Notes under the pieces: generated by a model | Told to the model about the DNA's origin: nothing | Seen by the model: only the letters and a program-made list of their open reading frames with translations | The model's database searches: none | Program-made: the position numbers and the translations under genes | In this document: piece by piece, positions 29,551 through 37,673 of the stretch | How positions within the stretch are numbered: the stretch's first letter is position 1 | How the letters are laid out: every line of letters starts with the position of its first letter | Source of the DNA: Chloroflexota bacterium | GTDB lineage: Bacteria; Chloroflexota; Anaerolineae; Anaerolineales; UBA4823 | Direction of reading: 5' to 3' | DNA: 63,937 bases | Assembly: GCA_032124675.1 (NCBI GenBank) | Contig: JAQBDA010000231.1 | Span: forward strand, 1-63,937

Positions 29551-30189
29551 TCAGCCCAATCTGAAGCTGCGGCGATGCTCAGGGCACGCCCCCTGCCTGC
29601 GCAGTGCTTCCCGGTGCTTGGCAGTCCCGTACCCTTTGTGCTCTGAAAATTCGTACCCGGGGTATCTGTTCTCCAGCTGGCACATCATCGCATCCCGCGC
29701 TGTCTTGGCAAATATTGATGCAGCGGCAATGCTCAACGACCGCTGATCGCCTTTGACTATCGATGTATACGGTACCGCTATTCCCGGCAGCTTGAGATAA
29801 TCGACCAATATATGGTCGGGCCGGACTCTCAGGCGATGGACAGCTCGTCTCACTGCCAGCTGCACAGCCGGGACAATACCCAAAGAATCGATTTCGGAGT
29901 GTGTGGCTAATCCCACTTCCCACGCCAGCGCAATCCCCTTCAATCGTCCCGCCCAGCTCGCTCGCTGCGCGGGAGCCAGCCTTTTGGAGTCATCGACCCC
30001 ATCCAGCAGACCCGCCAGGGAAGGTTCGGCGGGCAAAATAACCGCCGCGGCAGTCACCGGACCGGCCAGTGCTCCTCGCCCCGCCTCATCCACTCCGACC
30101 ACATTGTGGAGGCCTTGCTCCCACAACATGGATTCAAGGCTGAAGTCGGGTTTGAAGGGCAGATCAGCTGGATCAAAACTGGTTGGCAT
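29551..30189 (-). CDS. rnhB: Ribonuclease HII
   Basis: GVDEAGRGALAGPV, DDSK, KGD..SLSIAAASI.AK..RD, HKGYGT..H. Confidence 0.95.
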   Translation of the reverse strand: MPTSFDPADLPFKPDFSLESMLWEQGLHNVVGVDEAGRGALAGPVTAAAVILPAEPSLAGLLDGVDDSKRLAPAQRASWAGRLKGIALAWEVGLATHSEIDSLGIVPAVQLAVRRAVHRLRVRPDHILVDYLKLPGIAVPYTSIVKGDQRSLSIAAASIFAKTARDAMMCQLENRYPGYEFSEHKGYGTAKHREALRRQGACPEHRRSFRLG

Positions 30190-30916
30190 GAACCATATCA
30201 TATAAGCCGCGGAGAGCGTTTATCCGGATCGTAAATAGATCCAATGCCATACGCAGTGAATCCTTCAGAACGCTCACCTTGCTCTCCGGATTGAAGTACC
30301 AGGGAATCGGCAGCTCGATAATCTTATAACCCCTCATTTTGGCAACAAACAATACCTCAACATCAAACGACCAACCCTTGATCATTTGCAGCTGGAAAAG
30401 TTCTTCTGCCACACCTGCCCGGAAGCATTTAAATCCGCACTGTGTATCGTGCAAGCCTGGCAGCGCGAACAGCCGGATCAGGCCATTAAATATCCGCCCC
30501 ACAAAATGGCGGTAATAAGGCTCGTCATACCTAACGGCACCGGCTGCTTCGCGAGAGGCGATCGCAATATCGAAGCCAGACAGCTCTGGTGGGAGAAACC
30601 GGTTGATCTCGCTCACCGGCATGGAGAAATCTGCATCACACATGAAGCGATATTCGCCCTTGGCTGCAAGCATGCCCTGCTGAACCGCGATCCCCTTACC
30701 GCGCTCCTCCACCTGCAGCACGCGCAGCTGAGGGTGTAATCGCGCGTACTGCTCGGCAATCTCCAGGGTTCGGTCCTGGCTGCCGTTCTCGACAAAGAGG
30801 ACCTCTGTCTGATATGGCTGTTCGTGCAGGAATGAAACTACCTTCTCTATCGTCTTTGGAAGGCGCGTTTCTTCATTGAAAACGGGGATAATGATCGAGA
30901 GGAAGATGGAAGACAA
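30173..30916 (-). CDS. GT2 glycosyltransferase, dolichyl/undecaprenyl-phosphate glucosyltransferase-like
   Basis: LSIIIPVFNE, GKG.AV..G, DAD, DTQCGFK, WSFDVE. Confidence 0.88.
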   Translation of the reverse strand: MSSIFLSIIIPVFNEETRLPKTIEKVVSFLHEQPYQTEVLFVENGSQDRTLEIAEQYARLHPQLRVLQVEERGKGIAVQQGMLAAKGEYRFMCDADFSMPVSEINRFLPPELSGFDIAIASREAAGAVRYDEPYYRHFVGRIFNGLIRLFALPGLHDTQCGFKCFRAGVAEELFQLQMIKGWSFDVEVLFVAKMRGYKIIELPIPWYFNPESKVSVLKDSLRMALDLFTIRINALRGLYDMVHANQF

Positions 30917-30940
30917 TGGAGATCTGACCTATTCTGAGAC

Positions 30941-31771
30941 TCAAGCCGCGAAAAAGATATAAATCACGAAGGCTGCCAGGATGATGATATTGATCAATAT
31001 AAGCCCTCCTAAGATCATCCACTGCCGCGAGGAGAATGGCAGCCTCTCCACATTGGAAAAGGTGCTGTCGATGCGCTCGAACTGAGCAGCCGCCGAATCG
31101 ATCCTATCTTGCGCCCGGGCCTGGCTGGTGATGGAAAATTCATCCTGCTCACCGGTTACAGTGTCCAACGAATCGTTATCAGGTACAGTAAACAGATCCA
31201 CAATTTTCTGTACCTGCTCATTAGCGTACAAAACCCGGCTCTGCACGATCCCTGCTATGAAACGATCCAGAGCGTCGATAAGCACGATGCGGACGATCGG
31301 ACGGACGGTCTCGATATGAATACCCGGATTGGTGAAAACCAACACAGGCTCGATCTGCACCTGTCTCTCTCCATGGGAAGCCAAAAAGTCTGTTATTGCC
31401 CTTGACATGCTTTCGGTGCTCGTCAGCAGGTTATCGTCAGCCGGCTTGTAGGTGTGTTTACGATCGTCGATGATCTCCCAGCTATCACCCTTGGCCCGAA
31501 ATACACCACGCAGCATGCTGGAATTTAACACCCAGATTCCGGCTGGCCCAACCAGTACCAGAGGTACGTATGTTTCTGATCCTGCCAGCCGAAAATTACG
31601 CAGCATAAAGTATTTGTTTGACACAATACGCTGAAACGCTGCAATCACCATTTCCTGCGCTTCTGCATCCTGAGACGCTCCGCGCCCTACTCTTAATGAA
31701 CCCCAGATCTTACCTCGCGATTTTGACTGTCCATCTTGACTTTGGACCTCAGTACAGTCGATAACATTCAT
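30941..31771 (-). CDS. NERD-like (nuclease-related) domain protein with C-terminal TM anchor
   Basis: LVLVGPAGIWVL resembles the NERD core; hydrophobic C-terminus WMILGGLILINIIILAAFVIYIFF. Confidence 0.55.
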   Translation of the reverse strand: MNVIDCTEVQSQDGQSKSRGKIWGSLRVGRGASQDAEAQEMVIAAFQRIVSNKYFMLRNFRLAGSETYVPLVLVGPAGIWVLNSSMLRGVFRAKGDSWEIIDDRKHTYKPADDNLLTSTESMSRAITDFLASHGERQVQIEPVLVFTNPGIHIETVRPIVRIVLIDALDRFIAGIVQSRVLYANEQVQKIVDLFTVPDNDSLDTVTGEQDEFSITSQARAQDRIDSAAAQFERIDSTFSNVERLPFSSRQWMILGGLILINIIILAAFVIYIFFAA

Positions 31772-31807
31772 ACTTGCACCTCGATATAATCTATCCTCCG
31801 ATACAGA

Positions 31808-32578
31808 TCATGCTGCCTGGCTCTCTATCGGATCCATATAGGCCCGCATAAGGCGCAGATTTTCTTCGATTAATGATTTCCGGTAATAATTCAACAGTTC
31901 ATCAGGCAAGCGAGAAAACACTTCGTCATTCATCCGTTCACCGGATCCGAGCAGGTGGTAGTACTCGTCTGGAGAGATTCCCTGCCGGGCAGCGAAGACT
32001 TCCACGGTCTGAACCCTGGCACCGGGACGAAGCTGTTCTGCCAGGTAATCACGCCAGTGATATAGATAAGTATCCGCCACGAACGGCAGCCAGTTGAACG
32101 GGTATGCATGCGTGATGCTCGCCGCCGTGCCGTTTGTCAGGTTGGGCAAGATCTCCTGATCCAGATATGAGCGCAGGACATTATGGAGATACAGCCGTCT
32201 GGAGAACGTCTCCCAGCCAGCCCTTTTGCCGAACACCGGCAGGAAGATATCCCTTACCCACAACCAGTCTGCCTGCAGGTGACACAGGTAGCCGGCGATA
32301 AACGCTGCTTGTGAAGGAGGCATCTTACCCGGGTGAGAGAGTCCTGCGTGGCGCCGGACGAGCAGCGCCCAGGGTGGTGCTGCATTTTTCCTCAGAGGGA
32401 CTTCGAAAAAATGCGTCTCCTGGCGCGCCTGGTTAGAGACTGTCTGGACATCAGGTGCCGTATTCCCAAACAGAAAGGCAGAACGCTCACGATTTATCAG
32501 CGCACCAACTTCAGCCGGCAGCTGTGGATGCTCCAGGAGTTCCTTAGCCACGCTTAGATGGTAGAAGGGCGTTGGCAT
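31808..32578 (-). CDS. Zinc-dependent phospholipase C family protein
   Basis: N-terminal MPTPFYH, G..APD, GYLCHLQAD, HNVLRSYLD metal-ligand pattern. Confidence 0.7.
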   Translation of the reverse strand: MPTPFYHLSVAKELLEHPQLPAEVGALINRERSAFLFGNTAPDVQTVSNQARQETHFFEVPLRKNAAPPWALLVRRHAGLSHPGKMPPSQAAFIAGYLCHLQADWLWVRDIFLPVFGKRAGWETFSRRLYLHNVLRSYLDQEILPNLTNGTAASITHAYPFNWLPFVADTYLYHWRDYLAEQLRPGARVQTVEVFAARQGISPDEYYHLLGSGERMNDEVFSRLPDELLNYYRKSLIEENLRLMRAYMDPIESQAA

Positions 32579-32667
32579 ATATTTTATTATACGCCAGTAA
32601 CTTGATTTGAGATTTAGACCTAAGAAAAGCGCGAGGAATGAGTAAACCAGACAAGCCGGCGCGGCTG

Positions 32668-32979
32668 TTAGATGACAGGCACTCCTTCGAGCCAGTCCTG
32701 CTCAGCCTTGGATTGACCCACGACCAGTGCATCCCTCCCGCCGAAATCGACCACACGCAGCGGCTGTGTTACCTCAAACGTGCTGGCTTCCCTCGGGACC
32801 CGTTTGCCAACCATGAAATTCTTCCCCGTCTTAAGCCGCGCGATCAGGGCTTCTCGCTCGATCAGCAGATGGTCAGAGAAGGTCGGACCGCGGCGTTCAT
32901 ACGCACGCACCCAATCCACCTCTCCATTGGGTTTATAATGAACAGCCTCAACGACGCCATCAAATTTATTCTTTGCCAT
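32668..32979 (-). CDS. Hypothetical protein, 103 aa
   Basis: GGGAGG SD before the ATG at 32979 (ORF track starts at 33054). Confidence 0.65.
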   Translation of the reverse strand: MAKNKFDGVVEAVHYKPNGEVDWVRAYERRGPTFSDHLLIEREALIARLKTGKNFMVGKRVPREASTFEVTQPLRVVDFGGRDALVVGQSKAEQDWLEGVPVI

Positions 32980-33062
32980 TGTGCTGCCTCCCAACTGATA
33001 TTGGTATTTTGGATTCTTGTAGTGTTGGGAATATTCGCTGCATACTTCAAGCAATTTACGAT

Positions 33063-33139
33063 TGGTCGGGGCGGGCGGACTTGAACCGCCGACCCCCGCG
33101 TCCCAAACGCGGTGCGCTACCGGTCTGCGCTACGCCCCG
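33063..33139 (-). tRNA. tRNA-Pro (anticodon TGG)
   Basis: 77-nt cloverleaf: acceptor CGGGGCG/CGCCCCG, anticodon arm CCGCG-TTTGGGA-CGCGG, T-loop GTTCAAGTC, encoded 3' CCA. Confidence 0.97.
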
Positions 33140-33148
33140 AGCGCAATG

Positions 33149-33178
33149 AGTATAATGCGTATTAGGCAGGATCGTCAA
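33149..33178 (-). promoter_or_regulatory. Promoter of tRNA-Pro
   Basis: Minus strand TTGACG-18-TATACT, 9 nt before the mature tRNA. Confidence 0.65.
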
Positions 33179-33209
33179 GTAGTAGAAATCTACCTGGAGG
33201 ATATCCCCT

Positions 33210-33947
33210 TTGCTCCCCTCACTCTATCACGCCCATAACAGTATCCATTCAGACGATCTCCCTTTTTGGCTCGAGCTTGCTGAACGCCAGGGTGGTCCCA
33301 TCCTCGAGCTGGGCTGCGGGACGGGCCGTGTGCTCTCTCATCTGTCAGCAGTGAGTGGAGGCCTAATCGGTTTGGATCATGACCGCGCTATGTTGAAGTT
33401 CCTCGCCGACAACGCGGCTGTATCGGCGCCGTCGAAGACACCCATCTTCCAGGCGGATTTCACCAAATTCCACCTGGGGATCCGTTTTAACCTCATTATT
33501 CTGGCATGCAATACATACAGCACACTCACTGCCGACCTCAGGCAAGGACTTCTGGAAAGAGTGGCTTTCCACCTCCACCCGGGTGGGATGTTCGCTGCCA
33601 GCATGCCCAACCCAATACTCCTGGGAAAGCTGCCCCGCCAGGCAGAGCTTGAGGTGGAAGATGTTTTTCCACACCCTGAGCACGGGGAGCCAGTACAGGT
33701 GAGCAGCGCATGGGTACGCTCAAACAGACAGATGACCATTACCTGGCTGTACGACTGCTTGCTGGCAGATGGCAGCGTGGAGCGGATTCAATACCAGGTC
33801 CTGCAAAATATTATCCCGGTCGATACCATCATTGATGAATTCCATTCCGCAGGTTTGAGGGTAATAGGAAGATATGGAGACTTCGACGGTTCAGCATTCA
33901 CCGACGAAAGCGCTGATCTAATCCTGGTTTCTAAGGAGGGGGGATAG
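33210..33947 (+). CDS. Class I SAM-dependent methyltransferase
   Basis: ILELGCGTGR, IGLDHD, QADF; GGAGG SD before the TTG start. Confidence 0.88.
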   Translation: MLPSLYHAHNSIHSDDLPFWLELAERQGGPILELGCGTGRVLSHLSAVSGGLIGLDHDRAMLKFLADNAAVSAPSKTPIFQADFTKFHLGIRFNLIILACNTYSTLTADLRQGLLERVAFHLHPGGMFAASMPNPILLGKLPRQAELEVEDVFPHPEHGEPVQVSSAWVRSNRQMTITWLYDCLLADGSVERIQYQVLQNIIPVDTIIDEFHSAGLRVIGRYGDFDGSAFTDESADLILVSKEGG

Positions 33948-33994
33948 CAGCTTTGGTAAGTAAGCCACCAGTGCCGCATAGGTGGGTATAATTA

Positions 33995-34029
33995 TGATCG
34001 GGAGGCAGGGCAACCCTGCCTCCCGATCA
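33995..34029. terminator. Perfect hairpin between convergent genes
   Basis: tgatcgggaggcaggg-caa-ccctgcctcccgatca (16-bp arms). Confidence 0.65.
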
Positions 34030-34067
34030 CTCAACTCACCGCTGCGTATGCAATGATCAATGAAACT

Positions 34068-35171
34068 TCAATAACGCAGCAGACCGCCGATTCCGTCATA
34101 ATCCCCCAGTGTGATCTCGTCATGGATAACTTCGACTTCTCCACCCGACTGCATCACTGTCCTCACCGATAATTCAATGACATCTAGAATCTGGTCGAAC
34201 GCGCCATCACAATATGGGCACGATGGCAGCTCACGGGTTGTAACGAAACCACATCCCTGGCATCTGCTGCCCGGAGTGCGCAGTCCATCGCGGATCACCA
34301 GTGTCTGGATGCGACCTTCATGCAGTGCACCGAGCGTGTCTTCCAGGCCTGCAACCCCGCCGCGCCCCTTGGCGGCTCCGGTGATCACAGCCTCAACCAC
34401 CCGGGCTTTCCGGTGCTCTTCCGCCTCTGAGCTAACCTGCATCGCCCGCTCCAATACTTCCGTATGACTGGCAGTCATGCTCATCGGAAATGTACCAACC
34501 ACCAGACTCTGCCAGGATTTTGACAGTTGGGCAAGGAATGGGCTCACATTATCTTCCGTACCACCGATCAGGATCCGCCGAACATTATTCTCTGTGAAGA
34601 ATCGACCTGCAAATTCAGCCGATTCCTTGAAATTTCTCTCCGCTGCTTCTTCGACATAATTAGTCTTGCCGGCAACCCCACCGCGCCGGCCCTGCGCCTG
34701 TGAGCCTCCACCCCGCTTGGTGTGGCGGATCTCCTCACCGATCACTCCATCCTGTTCTTGGAGCTCACCAAGATGGAAATAGAATAATCGCGCTCCCTGT
34801 TTATCCACCAGGGCAACACCATATCCACCGTAAGAATCGAGCAGATCGGCCAGCGGCTTCACATATGGGCGATCTGCGATCCGCACCCGGCTGCGGACAG
34901 GCACGGCCAGGGGATAATGTCGAAAAAAGTTTTCATCTGAACAAGAAAAAATCACCACGCTGCGACCCGACCAGTCGAATTCATGATCGAAATAACGCTC
35001 CACTGTTGTAACATCCTCCGGAAGATCCACCTCCTTAAGCATGCTTCGCAGGCGGAGTTTGAGGGTATCAGAGCTGCCCTCTGCGGGTTCAGTATTGAGA
35101 TAAACACTGAGCACCGGGGATTTGCCCTTATAACCCAACAGTTCCCTAAGGTCTTTCTCAGTCAACATCAC
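34068..35171 (-). CDS. Bacterial eRF1/aRF1-like release-factor family protein (baeRF-type) with Zn ribbon
   Basis: N-terminal VLSVYLN, central loop HTKRGGGSQAQGRR, C-terminal L7Ae-like region with CQGC..CPYC and GGIGGLLRY-like end (DGIGGLLRY). Confidence 0.75.
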   Translation of the reverse strand: MMLTEKDLRELLGYKGKSPVLSVYLNTEPAEGSSDTLKLRLRSMLKEVDLPEDVTTVERYFDHEFDWSGRSVVIFSCSDENFFRHYPLAVPVRSRVRIADRPYVKPLADLLDSYGGYGVALVDKQGARLFYFHLGELQEQDGVIGEEIRHTKRGGGSQAQGRRGGVAGKTNYVEEAAERNFKESAEFAGRFFTENNVRRILIGGTEDNVSPFLAQLSKSWQSLVVGTFPMSMTASHTEVLERAMQVSSEAEEHRKARVVEAVITGAAKGRGGVAGLEDTLGALHEGRIQTLVIRDGLRTPGSRCQGCGFVTTRELPSCPYCDGAFDQILDVIELSVRTVMQSGGEVEVIHDEITLGDYDGIGGLLRY

Positions 35172-35297
35172 TGCCTCCTGTTTGTGAAAATCGGTCTGTA
35201 AATGTGGTTCAATTGAACGCTGTCCAACCAGTCAGGGCCTGAGTCCTGGATAAGCTAGCTGCGCGAGAAATGCCAATGATTGACCAGACTCAAGGAG

Positions 35298-36248
35298 TCA
35301 GCCCAACTGCTTCAGTTTTTCGAATAACTCTCGCTGTTGTGTGGACAATTTATTTGGAACCTTCACTTTTACTCTCGCGTAAAGGTCCCCGCGTTGCTCA
35401 GGGGTCTTGATATGGGGCATCCCTTGCCCAGCCAGTCGTATTGTCTGCCCTGGCTGAGTACCGGGTGGGATGGTCAGCACTACATTCCCGGTCAGCGTGC
35501 GCATGGTTACTTCACCACCCAGTACAGCAGTGAATAAATCTACTGGCAGATCAGAATAAATGTCGCTCCCTTTCCGTTCATATCCCGGTGCATCGGCGAC
35601 TTTGATCACCAGATACAGATCACTCTTCGCACCGTTTGGGTTCGACACAGCACTCGGCACCCTGACTTTTGTGCCGGTTCGAGCACCGCGCGGAATTTTT
35701 ATCTCCAGCCGGCGACCATCCACCTCAATACGGCGCGTGGTGCCATGAAACGATTCCTGCAGGCTGATCTCTACACTGTGCTGGACGGCCTGGGCTGGGA
35801 CCCGCCTGCGCGTTTGTCCCGTCCCGCCTCTGCCAAATTCAATGTCTGGCATCCCAGCCATGCCGCCAAATATACGCCGGAAGAAGTCCGAAAAGTCTCC
35901 CAGACCTCCCCCAAACAGGTCTTCGACGTTACCTACATCAACCCGGACATTGCCGCTCCCAGGCGTAGTGGTAAACCAATCCTCCCAGTTGAAGCCTCCC
36001 GGGCTGCCGCCGCGTTGCTGCCAGGTATTGTACGAATCCCCTAACTGGTCGTAGCGAGACCTTTTCTTAGTGTCTCCTAATACCTGATAGGCTTCATTTA
36101 TTTCTTTAAATTTTTCTTCTGCCTGGTTGTCACCAGGGTTGTGATCGGGATGGAATTTCAAAGCCAGCTTGCGGTAGGCTCGCTTGATCTCATCTTCCTT
36201 GGCTTTGCGATCGACACCCAGGATCTTGTAATAATCTTTATATTCCAT
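35298..36248 (-). CDS. Class B J-domain chaperone (CbpA/DnaJ-like, no Zn finger)
   Basis: [12 protein letters not shown] motif, G/F-rich region, DnaJ C-terminal domain (RGDLYA). Start likely 36248. Confidence 0.9.
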   Translation of the reverse strand: MEYKDYYKILGVDRKAKEDEIKRAYRKLALKFHPDHNPGDNQAEEKFKEINEAYQVLGDTKKRSRYDQLGDSYNTWQQRGGSPGGFNWEDWFTTTPGSGNVRVDVGNVEDLFGGGLGDFSDFFRRIFGGMAGMPDIEFGRGGTGQTRRRVPAQAVQHSVEISLQESFHGTTRRIEVDGRRLEIKIPRGARTGTKVRVPSAVSNPNGAKSDLYLVIKVADAPGYERKGSDIYSDLPVDLFTAVLGGEVTMRTLTGNVVLTIPPGTQPGQTIRLAGQGMPHIKTPEQRGDLYARVKVKVPNKLSTQQRELFEKLKQLG

Positions 36249-36257
36249 ATCACTTAG

Positions 36258-36287
36258 ATTGTATGCGCATCCGGTATCCAGAGTCAA
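36258..36287 (-). promoter_or_regulatory. Sigma-70 promoter of the J-protein gene
   Basis: Minus strand TTGACT-18-TACAAT, 9 nt before the ATG. Confidence 0.65.
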
Positions 36288-36462
36288 GCACCTTTTACCA
36301 GTTTTTATATAACTCTTATAGGATCGATGCAGTTATATGGGTATAGGAGTTGTTTGATCAGGTGACACCTGCTCTAACACCCCTGTAATACCATAAATGC
36401 GCAGCCTGAGTCTTATTCATTTTGTAGGTTCTTAACAGATTAAATCATGCTATGATTGGGTC

Positions 36463-37638
36463 ATGTCCCCAGAGCAAGAGCGCATTTTGGTCGTCGAAAG
36501 CGATCCCGCGAACAGCGAGCTGATCGCCCGGCAAACACTGCGCCCCATGGGCTATAAAGTTCAAGTGGTGCGCGCGGCGGGTGAAGCTATTCAGCAAGCG
36601 ATCACTTTCAGCCCGGATATTATCATTGCCAACCTTCATTTACCGGATTTGAGCGGCAAAGATCTATTGGTGGCCTTGACATCTCAGGGCATCGCTGTCC
36701 CTGTGATCGCGATCGCGAATCGAGGTTCTGAATATGACCTGGTTCAGGCTTTCCGTCTAGGGGCATCCGACTTCCTTATCTCCCCAATCCGGGAAGCCGA
36801 AGTGATATCAGCGGTCGAAAGAGTCCTGAAACAGATGCGCGCTCGCCGTGAGCGTGAGCGCCTGGAGAAACAGCTCAACCAGACTAATCAAGAGCTCCAG
36901 CAGAGGGTGCGAGAACTGACCACTATCTACTCAATCGGGAAGGCTGTCACATCGATCACGGACCAACCACTGTTGTTCGATAGGATTGTCGAGGGGGCAG
37001 TTTATATCACTGGCGCGGATTGCGGCTGGCTTCTGCTGCGCCAGGAGAACACGGACAGCTTCACGCTCAGCGCCCAGTTAAATCTCCCTGACCAATATGC
37101 TGAAAAATTGAACCAGCCGTGGGATGATGGGATCAGCGGCCTGGTTTCGCTTTCCGGTGAATCCTTATCCATCCACGGAGAGCCATTGAAGAGGTTTAAG
37201 ATCTCTCGCCTGGCACGAGCGCTCCTGGTCATACCGATAAAAGCGAAGAAAGAGGTCATCGGCTTGCTCGTGGTGGCAAGGACAACCCCCAGACCATTTG
37301 GCCCAAGCAATCAGGCGTTATTGGAAGCGGTAGCCGATTATGCCTCGATTTCACTGGTGAATGCCCGGTTGTTCCGTGCCATTGAAGAGCGCGCCCTCAG
37401 CCTGCAAAAATCCGCTGAAGCTGCGCAAGCGACAGCAGTCTTTCGGGATGCAGCCTTCCGGAAAACACAGCTGCAGCTGGAAGAGCCACTGCAGAGTGCA
37501 TTACACACGATCAAAGAATTACTGGTGGGCGAGAACAGTCGTTTGAATACCACACAGAAAACCCTGCTGAAATCTACGCAGGAAAATTTATCTTATGCAT
37601 TAAAAGAATTGGGAAAGTCACTCGAAACAGGCAAGTGA
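36463..37638 (+). CDS. Atypical receiver plus GAF domain protein
   Basis: REC fold with IIANLHLPD (Asp to Asn), coiled coil, GAF domain, His-less DHp-like tail; TGcTATGAT 6 nt before the ATG. Confidence 0.82.
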   Translation: MSPEQERILVVESDPANSELIARQTLRPMGYKVQVVRAAGEAIQQAITFSPDIIIANLHLPDLSGKDLLVALTSQGIAVPVIAIANRGSEYDLVQAFRLGASDFLISPIREAEVISAVERVLKQMRARRERERLEKQLNQTNQELQQRVRELTTIYSIGKAVTSITDQPLLFDRIVEGAVYITGADCGWLLLRQENTDSFTLSAQLNLPDQYAEKLNQPWDDGISGLVSLSGESLSIHGEPLKRFKISRLARALLVIPIKAKKEVIGLLVVARTTPRPFGPSNQALLEAVADYASISLVNARLFRAIEERALSLQKSAEAAQATAVFRDAAFRKTQLQLEEPLQSALHTIKELLVGENSRLNTTQKTLLKSTQENLSYALKELGKSLETGK

Positions 37639-37673
37639 ACACAACTCTATCACCTCACTCACACATTATCTGA

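Noticed and set aside
33000-33139. tRNA-Pro as an integration site for an island
   Set aside because: No integrase nearby and no duplicated tRNA 3' end found in the window.
36249-36462. CIRCE (HrcA) operator upstream of the J-protein gene
   Set aside because: No TTAGCACTC-N9-GAGTGCTAA or close variant.
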